This document shows, piece after piece, positions 1 to 11,061 of a DNA stretch of 64,000 bases (position 1 is the first letter of the stretch; every line of letters starts with the position of its first letter). The notes beneath the pieces are model-generated. The model ran no database searches. It was given only the letters and a program-made list of their open reading frames with translations, and was not told the origin of the DNA. A program made the translations under genes and the position numbers. The stretch spans positions 344,506 to 408,505 of the forward strand of contig ML992508.1 of assembly GCA_010093995.1 (NCBI GenBank). Reading direction: 5' to 3'. This DNA comes from Elsinoe ampelina (lineage: Eukaryota).

Positions 1-101
1 ATGATGCCCGTTGTACATATATTCCATTCATCCAACCAATACCGGCCTGGTCATTACCCTATGTAGGGACTGCTATGTGTACAAAAATGAAACGCGATCA
101 G

Positions 102-1318
102 TCAGTCTACTGGAAGTCCAATGAGAGCAGCATGAACCAAGTTCCTGTCCTTCGGTCCATGTGAGACTGACACCTCCACCGTACGCGTGATCGTGAACTG
201 CTCCTGCCGAGCTGGTAGTATCTTCTCCTGGCTGGAGATGCTCGATGCATGGGTTCTGACTCTGGTCTTGTCGTAAGGTGAAGTGCTCGGCGCAAGTTCT
301 GGGTCTCTTGAGTCTGTGACGTTGCGGCGCATTACGCTTGACAGGCCGTGTCGTTTGAACAGAGGTCGAAGAATTGGGATGGTCGAAGCAATGATGACAA
401 TGTTGAGCTCCACGGAGACCCAAATTACGTACGGTATAAGGTCGTAGGTGTAGTCGACCCATTCGCTGAGTACTTTCGATTCGATTGTCTTCTTGATGGA
501 AGCCACCATTGCACTCGAAGAAGTCAGTATCGCTGGTAGTGACTATGTATAGACGGGACATACAGGAAGCTAAGACATAGCAGCGCCATGAGACCAATCC
601 GAGACCTCCAGGTGAGCTTGCTGAATGAAACTACCACGGCTGGTAGGACTGTAAGGAAGAGATCCGTAAGACTGTTGAGCGAGCCGGAGACATATCCCCA
701 CCATGTCTGAATCCTTGGATCCCAGCACTTGGTCGGGACCTCCTGTATCTTCCATAACGTCCACAGTATATCAAGATCCTTGCCGCATTGAGAGTACATG
801 ACCGCCACGGAAGCCACATTCACTACCACCTGTAGCACCATGAAGAAGTAGATGGGCCATCTCTTGATTCGGGGATTCTCGCCAGTGACCCAGAGAAGGA
901 AGAAGCAAAAGGAAAGTCGTCCAGCCATGGGTGAAAGGAAGGCCCAGGCGAACGAGTAGAAGCCGACTCGCAGAGTGTTTGAGAGGTGGTCTGGATTCGC
1001 AGCGATGTAGTACATGTGTCGACCAAGTCCAGTCTTCTGTGAAGCAGTAATACAGACACCATGCATCACGCCCATCACCTGTCATGCGTTAGTGGTAGTT
1101 TATATGTCGAAGCTGCTTCTTCCTACCAAGGCGAGAATGATGAATACATCGTCCCAGAATATCTTCCTGGCGATTTTGATCTTGACAAAGAGTCTAGCCG
1201 CACAGAAGACTGTTGAAATAGCCAGCAGAACCCAGATAATTCTGACCAGTGCCGGCCCTTGGTCGACATCAGGGCCTCTGTCCAGCGAATCCAACGTGGG
1301 CTGTTCAGTGGTGGCCAT
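102..1318 (-). CDS. PTH11-like (fungal rhodopsin-domain) integral membrane protein / putative GPCR, 3 exons
   Basis: Joined exons read MATTEQ...GPALVRIIWVLLAISTVFCAARLFVKIKIARKIFWDDVFIILAL | VMGV...GLGRHMYY...TDLFLTVLP...LCLSFL | AMVASIKKT...WVSVELNIVIIASTIPILRPLF. These are the WDD, GLGRH, D-x3-LP and E-x6-IPxLRPL motifs of this family. GT-AG introns with CTAAC/CTGAC branch sites lie at ~1079-1126 and ~514-563. Confidence 0.85.
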
Positions 1319-3080
1319 GGTGATGCAATGGAAGAGCTTGACTCGTCGGTATAGAAGGCCAAGCTGGCTCACCACTGTCGACTACACTAAAACACCATGG
1401 GACAGATTTCGAAGTCGAAAAGAGAAGAGAAGCAATATGTTGAATATGTCACACAACAAACCGTCTGGGCTGAAGAAGACTGTGAAACGGGAGACAGCAG
1501 GCCTACTTTGAATGATTCGGCGGCTACTCTGCGGCCGTGACTCGCGCCCCCCAGTAGATCCGTAGATGCCTTTACTTTTCCTTCTCATGAGCGGGGATCA
1601 GTACATGGCGGGATGTAACAGAAGTTACAGAACTATGGACCGCTCGACTAGGGCGGAACAGGGAACAGCTGGGCTGCGTGTGTTTGGTACCCCCAAGCCC
1701 ACGTAAAGAGCACACCATCCCGACCCAGGAAGCTGCAGCCACTACGCGTAGACTCTGTGATCCGAAACGATGCGATCGAAAGCCATCAATCCTGCACCAG
1801 CCTAGCGAAAACGGGAGGGCAGATAGATGAAAGAGGGGAGGAGCAAAAAGCAAGATGGCAACTGTGCACACTACTGCGCACCACACCGACGGCACCGGAC
1901 TGGTCGATTTTCGCCTCCTTTGCGCCCCTGGACCTGCCGACGAATCAGCATCCTGAACCACGGCCTTGGCTGAGAGTGTGATGGTCCTGTCAGTGTTCAC
2001 GGTCTCCAGTTCTCCCAGGGATTGAGTTTCGGCCATGATTCGAGCGAGCAATCTCTGGCGCTGCTCGACCCGTTCCAGCCCGTGAGCTTTTCTTGCGGAT
2101 TGGACTGGCCGACTGTTGTGTCTGAGCAGCGTATCATAATGGCAATCCGGAGGCATAGCGCAGGAGGTGAAGTCCTGATTGCTGCAGGATGCAATCTGGA
2201 TCACGTCGACCGACAGCTGCAGTGACAGGTGGATCCCAAACGTGCATGCATGCGCACGCAGACTAGGATGCTTCTCCAGACAGGCAGCTGCACGACGACC
2301 ATCCTCGGTATCGACATGGATCCATGGCTTGCCAGGTGACTCGCTTGGAGGCACATCGCGGCTCGGCATCTCCTCAGGGCACGTTTTCGGCCTGAAGACG
2401 AAGTCTCTGCCGCTTGTGCTTCACCTCATCCTCCCTTCTGTGCCTGATCGGTCCTGATGTACCTGTCGATCATGACTTTCCAGGCGTCTTGGTGTTCTGA
2501 TTGGCTTGGAGAAGAAAACTCCCGGCAGCATCTGGGATGCCCACGTGCCATCAATCTTATCGCTCCACAGCCGATCGTTCATCGTATGATCAGGACATAA
2601 GGGTGTAGTATTGTATACCTGGTCTATCACGGTTACACTATGGTCCGTCCGTATCCGTTCATCGCCCTGTGCTGGTCGATCCTTAGCGGTACCTTGCTGC
2701 GGCACAACAGGCTTCTTTTTGTTGTCTGCTTTTTTCTCACGTCAGATCTGTATCATGGGTTCGATCTACTTATCTTCCGCGGATGGTCCTGCAGCTTAGC
2801 GCTGTCGCTGCATACTAGTACGCTCAGAGCAGATTGAGCGGTATCTTACACTTCCCACAAACTACCAGAACTCAATAACATGGCATATATTTTGCTATGC
2901 AGCTAGCAATGTTCCCAGATCTAGAATAGAACAGATGATATTACCAGCTACATGGCGACCAAGCTAGACACCTACATTATCAGAGACTGGTCTGGTAGTA
3001 CTAATCTGTCCTAAGAGTGCAAGATCTCGGTGCTGTTTTTCTATCCCGGGACCCACCATGAACCCATGCTGTCGTTCTAC

Positions 3081-3364
3081 ACTTGCTTGTTGTCTGGCAA
3101 TGTCTCTTTCGTTCAGCCACATAAACAACCGACTGAACAGGACCCAGATCTTGAGTCGCCAACTCCTGGTCCAGCCCAAACTACCAGACTGCCATGCAAG
3201 CCATGCTTCCTGCCTGTCCTGTACTTGCTTATTTTCTGGCAATATCCCTCCCGTTCAGCCACACGAACAACCAACTGAACAAGATCCAGATCTTGCGTCG
3301 CCAACTCCTGGTCCAGCCCAAACTACCAGACCGCCATGCAAGCCATGCATTCTGCCCCGTCCAT
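3081..3364. repeat. Imperfect 142-bp tandem duplication of the NDH-2 gene 3' end
   Basis: 3081-3222 and 3223-~3364 align (acttgctt..tctggcaat..gttcagccac..ccagatcttg..gtcgccaactcctggtccagcccaaactaccagac..gccatgcaagccatgc), with mostly transition differences. Confidence 0.9.
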
Positions 3365-4500
3365 GTGTCTTTGCCACCAACAATGCCATCCCGCTGTCCA
3401 AGATATGCAATGCTCGCACGTTGCTGGTAGTTAAACGGAGCTTGGAACCCGCGAACTACCAGGTTTAGCTCTCGGGTCAGGTACTCACCCTTCTGCAGGG
3501 CGACTTCAGCAAGCATAGGTAGCGTATACCCCTCGATATCTGCGGCATCTCCCGCAGCATAGACGTCGTCCATCACTCTCCCGTCCGGCCGCATCACCCG
3601 CAAATGCTGATCCGTGAGGATCCGCGGCATGCCCTTCTCAGGCTTCTTGACGTCAAGCTGATCGACTAGAGTATTTGCCTTGTTCCCTGTCGCCCACAAA
3701 AGCATCCCATACGGCAGTCGTCCATCTTCCTTCGTATGTATGGCGTCGCTCTCCACCAGCTCGATATGAGAACCCGTTTTGAGCTCAACCCCTTTCCGAC
3801 GCATCGACTTCATTGCATACTCGCTAAGGGATTCGTCAAAGGTCGAAAGGATTTCCGGCGCAACATCGTGGATAGTAATCTGAACCTTGCCCTTGAGGTG
3901 GGGGTAAAGGTGCTGCATTGACTCCTCCCACAGGTCATGCAGCTCAGCTGTGGCCTCGATTCCAATAGCTCCGCCTCCCACAATCCGGATATGGAGCATC
4001 TCCCGCTGTCTTTCCTCGGGGATGCCTGGTAGTGATGCAGCATCGAGCATCTGCAAGACCCGCTGTTGCACTATCCTTGCATCACTGGTGGTTCTTAGAA
4101 ACAGAGCATGCTCCATGGCGCCTGGTGTGTCGAAGGTCTGGATGTCACATCCAGGCGCTAGCACAATCTTATCGTACTTGACAGTAAACCGCTCTTGCAT
4201 GCGGCCCAAATCGTCGACTGCATGCCTGCATGTGATGAGACGCTTGTCTAGATCGATACTCTCTGCCCACGCCTTGTAATACTGCAGAGCTGACCTGTGT
4301 CGTCGTCGGATGGGCTCCTCGGCAAGGCGGAAGTCGAACAAGCCACAAGCTGCAGATGCTAGGAGGGGCGTGTATTGAATCGTCCGCACGGGGGAAATGA
4401 CGGCTACGTTGTACAGCGATAGATCAATCTTCTGCGTGATGGGGAATCCGGCCCATCCTGCACCGACAATGGCCAGGGACAATTTCTTCGACGTCGACAT
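3229..4500 (-). CDS. Type II (alternative, non-proton-pumping) NADH:ubiquinone oxidoreductase / pyridine nucleotide-disulfide oxidoreductase
   Basis: Intronless 423-aa ORF with IVGAGWAG, YTPLLASAACG, YDKIVLAPG, IVGGGAIGIE, LLWATG, VYAAGDAA, LPMLAEVALQKGEYL and a C-terminal AWLAWRS...W...GRDI segment typical of NDH-2. Confidence 0.9.
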   Translation of the reverse strand: MSTSKKLSLAIVGAGWAGFPITQKIDLSLYNVAVISPVRTIQYTPLLASAACGLFDFRLAEEPIRRRHRSALQYYKAWAESIDLDKRLITCRHAVDDLGRMQERFTVKYDKIVLAPGCDIQTFDTPGAMEHALFLRTTSDARIVQQRVLQMLDAASLPGIPEERQREMLHIRIVGGGAIGIEATAELHDLWEESMQHLYPHLKGKVQITIHDVAPEILSTFDESLSEYAMKSMRRKGVELKTGSHIELVESDAIHTKEDGRLPYGMLLWATGNKANTLVDQLDVKKPEKGMPRILTDQHLRVMRPDGRVMDDVYAAGDAADIEGYTLPMLAEVALQKGEYLTRELNLVVRGFQAPFNYQQRASIAYLGQRDGIVGGKDTWTGQNAWLAWRSGSLGWTRSWRRKIWILFSWLFVWLNGRDIARK

Positions 4501-4834
4501 GGTGTGATGAGAGGAGCCGCAGATGCACTATCTCTCACTGCTTACCTGGGAGACAAGGCCAACTAATACCAACAGCACAACCGATACTAATAGAGCATTG
4601 GCCATGAACGTCATGATCAAGGCGCAAAGGGCACAAAAGATCGGAGAGCCCCCGATTTTCCCACAAAGCTTGTCAAAACTCTGGCAATCTCCCATCGAAA
4701 AAAGGCCTAACTTAGATTTGATTGAAAGTGACGTCGTCCCAAATCCGATCTTTCCACCACGAACGTGTCATCCTTCTCCCTCCTACGAACCATTCCACCG
4801 ATCGCATCGCACTTTTCGGCGTTCTTCGACGTGC

Positions 4835-5560
4835 ATGAACACCTCGATCTTGCTGTCACGGCATATTCGTGCCGCTCGTTATCTGCAACTGCCGTTCACA
4901 CTGCGAGCTCCCACAGCATCATACTCAACTACCAGAGACACCCCCCGAACAATGACCGCCCCCATTTCAAGCCATCAACGGCGGGGTAATAGACGCTTTG
5001 GTCCTGGCAATCCTAGGCAGGGTTCTGTTCTTTCCAGTGTACCCTCGTCAAATCAAGTCATTCCCGGTGCCGCAGTCTCGATTGTGCTGAAACTCGATCA
5101 GCCTACAGGTCGAGAAGTACCGGGTGTGGTGCAAGATGTGCTCACAAGGCACGATCATCCTAGAGGTATCAAGGTGCGCCTCACGGATGGCAGAGTAGGT
5201 CGCGTGCAGCGTATGGTAAGTGGTTCCATCGCTCCGTCGACTACGACATCATCTCTGGAGACGAACGGGATTGAAGTCAGATCGAATGGAGCAGCATCCT
5301 TGCAAGCTGGCAGCAATGGGTCATCACAGCCACTCAAATACCGCGATATAAGATTGGACGATGAGCCGGAAGCTCCTCCGACCACCAACGACCTTTCAGC
5401 ATATATCAAACCTGCCAAGCAGAAGAAACGTAAGGGCCAAGTGGCAAAGGTACCCGACGACGACGATCCGCTTGAGAACGAGGTCAGTTGCCCTGTATGT
5501 GGCGACTTCAAGGGCGATGAAGCGGCAGTGGCCCATCACGTACAAAGTCTCTTTGAGTGA
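4835..5560 (+). CDS. YwbE/DUF2196-family protein with a C-terminal UBZ-like zinc finger; start at 4835 or 4952
   Basis: PGAAVSIVLKLDQPTGREVPGVVQDVLTRHDHPRGIKVRLTDGRVGRVQ matches the YwbE signature from memory. The C-terminus is CPVCGDFKGDEAAVAHHV. Two in-frame ATGs. Confidence 0.8.
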   Translation: MNTSILLSRHIRAARYLQLPFTLRAPTASYSTTRDTPRTMTAPISSHQRRGNRRFGPGNPRQGSVLSSVPSSNQVIPGAAVSIVLKLDQPTGREVPGVVQDVLTRHDHPRGIKVRLTDGRVGRVQRMVSGSIAPSTTTSSLETNGIEVRSNGAASLQAGSNGSSQPLKYRDIRLDDEPEAPPTTNDLSAYIKPAKQKKRKGQVAKVPDDDDPLENEVSCPVCGDFKGDEAAVAHHVQSLFE

Positions 5561-5888
5561 ACGAACAGACAAGGCCAATCCTCAATATTCGACCACGCGC
5601 ACCAGACCATCTTTACTACTGGCTGACAAGATATATCACTGTTTACGGGATTGGATTTCGTCTTACAACCTCCTCTGTCATGCATCTCTGGCTAAACTTC
5701 GACTGGTGACAAAAGAGCTCCTTCGTGGATTTGCAGTATTTGCCAAGGCAGAACTACTTTCGAACTACCAGACGTTTTCTCTGGTTCAGCCGATCATGGT
5801 TCTTCAACACCCGGGTCTGGTGCTCTAAGTCAGTTCCAATTCCCCACACCGGGACCAAGGCCTCGCGTAAGATCCATCAGATGCGCAT

Positions 5889-7417
5889 TTAAGCTTTGAC
5901 AAACAGCTTCGTACTTATGCGAAGCCGGACAAGAGCAATAAGCCCGGCGGCTGCAAGGGCGAGAGATCCTGCATAGAACATGGCAGGTCTGTAAGCTTTC
6001 AGACCCGCCTGCTCACCACCGTATGCCTCCAGCAAGTAACCGGCAATCGGTGCACCCTACCAGACATCAGCGGCCAGCAGAGGAATTAGCATAACGAGCT
6101 GCCTACCATGAGATAGCCAGCGGTCCAACCACTCACGATCATACCCATAGCCACTCCAACTCTAGCTGAGCCAAAGACATTGCTGACTACGGTCGGCATC
6201 GTGGCGAGGAAACCGCCGTTGGAAGCACCATTGATGATGGCAAACAATATCAGGGGGGCGAGAGTGCTCGACACAGGCCACAGAGCCAGCATACTCAAAG
6301 CGTTTACCGACAGCGCGATGAAAACCGTGTTGAGAGATCCGATGCGGTCACAAGCAAGCCCACTGACGACTCTACTGACCGCCGAGGAGAAGTTGAATGC
6401 AGCTACCAACCCTGCTCCGGAGCTCCCCGATAGCCCAATAGAACCGCTGTATAGTGGCAAAAAGAAGGGTGGTACGAAGAGAGGAAAGGTCCCGATCGCC
6501 CCAGCCAGAAAGACGAGCACGAATTTGTAGTCCTTGAAGAGGCGCCTTTGATGGTTGTTAGAATTGTCGCGTCGAAGGAGGATGTTTCAAACCCACCATT
6601 CAACGAAAGCAGCCGGTCTACGGATGGGAACCCGCTCTTTGATCAGCCACGCGGCTGGTAGTCCAGTAGCCAACGTGATAAAGCCCAGCACCCTATAAGC
6701 CCAAGCCGTTCCCAACTTGTCAATCAAAGCATATATAATGAAACTCGTGACCGCACCACCAAGCCCACCACCAGCAAACACAATCCCATTCGCCAGTCCC
6801 CTCTTCCTACTAAACCACTGGCTCACCACAATCGACACAACCTAACCCACATCAGCACACCCTCTACCCAACCATCCCCTCCCTCCCAAACTCACCATAA
6901 AACACAAACTCATCCCCACCCCCACCACCACTCCAGCCATCACAAACAGTCCCCCCACCTCCCGCACCACAAACCCACTCCCCACCTCCCCGGCCCCAAT
7001 CAACCCCACGCCCACCATCGCCGCCCTCCTGGCCCCCAACCCCTCCACCGCCCTCCCCGCCCCCGTCCCCAAAACCGCCATGCTAGCCGCGGCGACAGAC
7101 CCCACGAACGCCAACGTAGACGGGGCGCTCACGCCCTCGGCCACGAGCGCGGACTGGAACACGCCCCAGCAGTAGCTCGTGCCGATGAACCACCATGTCA
7201 CGATGGCGCAGCCGAGGATGACGATCCAGCCTTGGCCGCCGTCCGGGACGAGGGAGTCGGCGAGGTGGGAGGCGGCGAGGATGGGGTCGGGGGATGGGGA
7301 GAGGGTGGGGGGAGGTGGGGAGGGGATGTCTCGCTGGGTTAAGGTTTGTTGGGCATGGGGGAGGGGGTCGGGGGAGATGGCGGTTGTGGTGGTTGTGGTG
7401 GTTGTGGTTGTTGCCAT
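5889..7417 (-). CDS. MFS monocarboxylate-transporter-like protein (MCH family), 4 exons
   Basis: PDGGQGWIVILGCAIVTWWFIGTSYCWGVFQ, QWFSRKRGLANGIVFAGGGLGG, CDRIGSLN and GAPIAGYLL...AYRPAMFYAG. Introns near 6843-6896, 6545-6595 and 6057-6107. Stop TAA at 5889. Confidence 0.88.
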
Positions 7418-7810
7418 TTGGAGGGTGTTTGATGGGATGAGAAAAGGGAGGTGGTGGGGAGTGTACTTATCCTTTGCTTGCCTGCCAGTGCTTGGTAGGT
7501 CGTTGTCATGCCCTGCTTCGGCTATTGATGGGATTGGTGCAGGATAGGGCGTGAGGAGGAAAGTGTGGGTGGTGGATGAGCAATTTCGGTTGAGGCTCCG
7601 ACTTCGCACATCCGAATTCCGCATCACATGCCATTACTGGACCTTCTTGCGGCTCTGCTGGAATCTTTGAGAATTATACAACATGTGCAATTGGATGTGA
7701 CGTGTCTTGGGTAGGCATGGCATGGGAAACAAAGTTGTCACCCACGCGTTTGCTGATGCGTGTTGTAGAAAGCACACTCTATAGTCTCCAAGACACATGC
7801 TGCACTCAAC

Positions 7811-8290
7811 ATGAATCCCCTCTTCTTTGTATAGCTCTTGGTGCTTGCCATCTTCTGCTCGGTGTCGGTCGCGGTCTCCTCCATCCCCTCTACTGCCGAC
7901 GCACCACTCACCACAGTCTCCGCAAGCACCACCGCCTTCTCCCTGACGACCTTGGCTTCGCCCTCTCTCTCCCTCTCAATCACAACTTTCTGCCAGGATT
8001 CATGCACTTTCCACTCGACCCTTATCCTTCCCCAGTACGCAAAGACTCTCCACATCCAGAATGGCGTGTGGAGCTGGCCGAGCGCTACGGAAACCCCAAA
8101 AACATCTTCGTTCAAAACAGCCCCGAAATGGCCTCCACCACCACCGTCACCTCCTCCGTGACCTCAACTTACTCCTCCACGACCCACACACGAATCTCCA
8201 ATCAAGCTGTGGGGATTGGCCTGGGAGCTGGGCTCGCAAGCGATGGATCGTCCCGATCTTGTGGTGAAAAATACAGTCCCAATCGTCATT
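7811..8290 (+). pseudogene. Probable decayed secreted/membrane Ser/Thr-rich protein gene
   Basis: ATG at 7811 gives MNPLFFV*LLVLAIFCSVSVAVSS, a signal peptide interrupted by TAG at 7832. An S/T-rich stalk follows, then a frame change near 8120 into STTTVTSSVTSTYSSTT...NQAVGIGLGAGLA (TM-start-like). Confidence 0.45.
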
Positions 8291-8293
8291 GTT

Positions 8294-9571
8294 TCATCCT
8301 TCGGCCACCGACTTTTGGAATAGACCCTGCATCCAGCATCGATACATCTTCAATCGTCGCTGTCTGTTTACCAGCATGCGTCGATCTACTCCGAGGTTGG
8401 TGATCTGAAAGCTCGTCCTCTCTGTGTCCCGCGGGTGTGAGTTCGGACCAGAATCGTTCAAGGCTGTATCTCGAATTTTCTCGGAAACCGCATTGACCTC
8501 ATCTGTGGATGCTTCAGACCCAGACCAGATCTTCCGGAGCTCCTCTTCCTCAAAGAAATAGACCCTCGTGCCATCTCCGCGGACATAAAAGTTCTCGTCC
8601 AGGTACCTGCTCTTCTTGAATCTCACCTGAGCCAAATCTCCTCGCCCATAGTCGCGAAATAATACTTGGCCTCCAGGTTTGAGCAAGTTCCAGACATTTC
8701 TCAATGCTTGAGCCCACTGTCTTGGCTCGAGGGCAGAGAACACAAATACCATGATCACTATGTCCACACTTTGGGGAGCAAGTCCAGGAGGCACAGCGGC
8801 GTCACCCTCGCCTGCTAGATCCCATACTTCGGCGGCCATGAACCGTTGATCGTATAGGTCGCTTCTCCTCATGACCTCGACTGCTTGCTTGCTGTAATCG
8901 CAGGCCACGAGCTTCAGCTTCTCGTTTTTGTTCATGGCGAGGATAGGGAAGGCGGTGTTGCCAGCTCCAGCACCAACTTCCAATATCGTGACGGGACCAT
9001 AATCTTCCTTTGTGGCTTCTACCAGTAGTGGGAACTCCTGACCCAACCACTTGCGATCTTTGAAGAAGTTTGCCTGGTTGTTGCTGTAGAACTTGTCCCA
9101 CCACTTCTCTGGCTTGTCATTGAACCTCTTCTTGTCGTGGTCGGAGACAGGATTGGCGCGCTGTAGCTCTGTTTGGGCCGTGATGAAGTCCTTGTATGCG
9201 TCGTCCACCTCGACGTGGTCCCAGGCATTGTATGCGAAAATGTCGTCTCCTTCTTCTAGGTAGCGAGAGCCGAATTGAAAAGGATCGGTCCTCTTTTGTG
9301 GGTTTGACGCTGAGTCTGTCGCGGGCTTCCGGACGGGTTGGTAGAAGGTTGGCACGCCGTAGGCAGACTCTTCTGCTGGTTGTGGTGTAGAGGGACCGGA
9401 GCCATCGATTGGTGTAGCAGGACTTGAGGTGGTCGTTGCAGGTACTGGAAGACCAGAGTTCGCATGCTCGTCCGGGACAGTGACAGCGTAACGCATGTGC
9501 TCCATGCCCTTGGAGAGCTGCTGGCGAGGCTGCTTCCTGCGTGCAGCCTCGTTGACAGCAGTCTCTTCCAT
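8294..9571 (-). CDS. TRM140: tRNA N3-methylcytidine (m3C32) methyltransferase, Trm140/Abp140/METTL2 family
   Basis: FGSRYLEEGDDIFAYNAWDHVE, WDKFYSNNQANFFKDRKWL, ILEVGAGAGNT, FRDYGRGDLAQVRF, YVRGDGTRVYFF and DRRMLVNR...MYRCWMQ. Confidence 0.93.
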   Translation of the reverse strand: MEETAVNEAARRKQPRQQLSKGMEHMRYAVTVPDEHANSGLPVPATTTSSPATPIDGSGPSTPQPAEESAYGVPTFYQPVRKPATDSASNPQKRTDPFQFGSRYLEEGDDIFAYNAWDHVEVDDAYKDFITAQTELQRANPVSDHDKKRFNDKPEKWWDKFYSNNQANFFKDRKWLGQEFPLLVEATKEDYGPVTILEVGAGAGNTAFPILAMNKNEKLKLVACDYSKQAVEVMRRSDLYDQRFMAAEVWDLAGEGDAAVPPGLAPQSVDIVIMVFVFSALEPRQWAQALRNVWNLLKPGGQVLFRDYGRGDLAQVRFKKSRYLDENFYVRGDGTRVYFFEEEELRKIWSGSEASTDEVNAVSEKIRDTALNDSGPNSHPRDTERTSFQITNLGVDRRMLVNRQRRLKMYRCWMQGLFQKSVAEG

Positions 9572-10091
9572 CTTGGGCTGTACTGGAAATGTAGAGGAGG
9601 TCAGAAGAGATGGACTGTGGGTTGGTTTAAAAAAAATTGTTGCGGGGCCTTGGTTTAACGATTAATTTGGCGGAGGAGCCCCACATCTGGTGGGGTTTTG
9701 CCCGTTCAATTCAAATCCCTAGATTTAATTTGACAAACTGGAATCTCATTCGGTGCCTAGAAATGTGTGTGTCACGAATGGCAACATGAGGGACGCTGGG
9801 TGATACAAGCAGGAAGTAGTATATAATCATGATGTGGCGTCTGCATGTGGAACTCGAAACCTCGTTTCTGATCAAAGCTATGGAGGGTTCCCTCTCCATT
9901 TCTTCTGCTCCTACTGCCTTTACCTGTAAAAGTACATTGTTCCATCGTTTTTGGACTTTCCAGCATGGTATAATACCACCACGGTGCGTAATGTTTGCTG
10001 ATCATGACCAACAGCCCCACCCTCTGAACCGGTTTCGATACCGCAAGCGGTGCTTGGACTGTCGTTCACTTACCATTCCAAAGGAACAGAA

Positions 10092-10099
10092 TATGTACA
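10092..10099 (-). promoter_or_regulatory. Candidate Puf3/Puf4-type element (UGUACAUA) in the MRPL25 3' UTR
   Basis: The minus strand reads TGTACATA ~35 nt downstream of the MRPL25 stop, matching UGUAHAUA. Confidence 0.45.
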
Positions 10100-10132
10100 A
10101 CCTCAACAGCTTTCCTGCAAGCTCGAGGTCGA

Positions 10133-10744
10133 TCACTTCGGCCATTTCTTCCAGCCTCTGCCATGACCTCTTTGCTTCCATTCCTTGACCAGCTCCGCCA
10201 TGCCCTCCATTGCTTTCCGCCTCTTTTCTTGCTTGCCACGCAGTTGCCTTTCCCACTCCTTACCCTTGACTCTCTGACCTACACCCGTACCCTTAACCCT
10301 CAGACCCTGCTCCTCGCGCTTCCTCGCGGCCAACTCAGGATGCCGTTCAGACTCGGGAAGCAGGCTCAGCACTCCACTTTTCTTGGCCATACTGTATAAC
10401 TCTGATTGTCGACGGAGACTGTATTGTGGTGGACGCCAGGCTGATGTGAGAGGATTTTGCCATGGAAGGAACGGATTTGATGCGCGATGAAGCGATGTGA
10501 GAGCAGACATTTGTTCTTGTGTCGCTGGAGGATTGGTTGTCCGTGAGAGCATGGGGTTGAGTTCGAGGGCTCGTAAGGAGGGTAGCGGTACCGCAGGTGA
10601 AAGACGTGAGGCCGTCTCCGAGGCGGATTGTGTAGCGGAAGTGTTGAAGGTGCCTGGTGGGTGTTTCTGGAAGAAGTTGAAGAGAGGCTGCGGTAGGCCA
10701 GGAGCGATTCGAATACGCGACGAATTGATTTTCGTGGTGGCCAT
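10133..10744 (-). CDS. MRPL25: Mitochondrial large ribosomal subunit protein mL59
   Basis: LPQPLFNFFQKHPP, NPFLPWQNPLTSAWRPPQYSLRRQSEL, GLRVKGTGVGQRVKGKEWER and KQRGHGRGWKKWPK. Likely start is MATTK at 10744. Confidence 0.88.
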   Translation of the reverse strand: MATTKINSSRIRIAPGLPQPLFNFFQKHPPGTFNTSATQSASETASRLSPAVPLPSLRALELNPMLSRTTNPPATQEQMSALTSLHRASNPFLPWQNPLTSAWRPPQYSLRRQSELYSMAKKSGVLSLLPESERHPELAARKREEQGLRVKGTGVGQRVKGKEWERQLRGKQEKRRKAMEGMAELVKEWKQRGHGRGWKKWPK

Positions 10745-11061
10745 GATGAGTGCAATATGATAGCCCGAAGGCGTTGGCCTTGAAGGTGTGTGATCCTGAG
10801 GAGAGATGATCCTCGACTTGCAAGGTGAGGTCGGAAACTTTTGTACGGTGGGCGACATCTACGATAGCTCGATCGAGCTGTCGCGTTCTCAAGCTGCCTG
10901 CGACCAGAAACATGAGAGCTGCACTTCAGCTTTACATTCAATCAAAGTCATCCGTCTGCGCAGCGTTTTCTCGTCACTCCAATATACGCTTCATCATCCT
11001 GACTCACACTGCATCTGCTCCGGATACATCACAAGCATAAAGAGATCAGAGAGACGTCGAA

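Noticed and set aside
8294..9571. Programmed +1 frameshift as in yeast ABP140
   Set aside because: The ORF is continuous from ATG to stop; no frameshift is needed.
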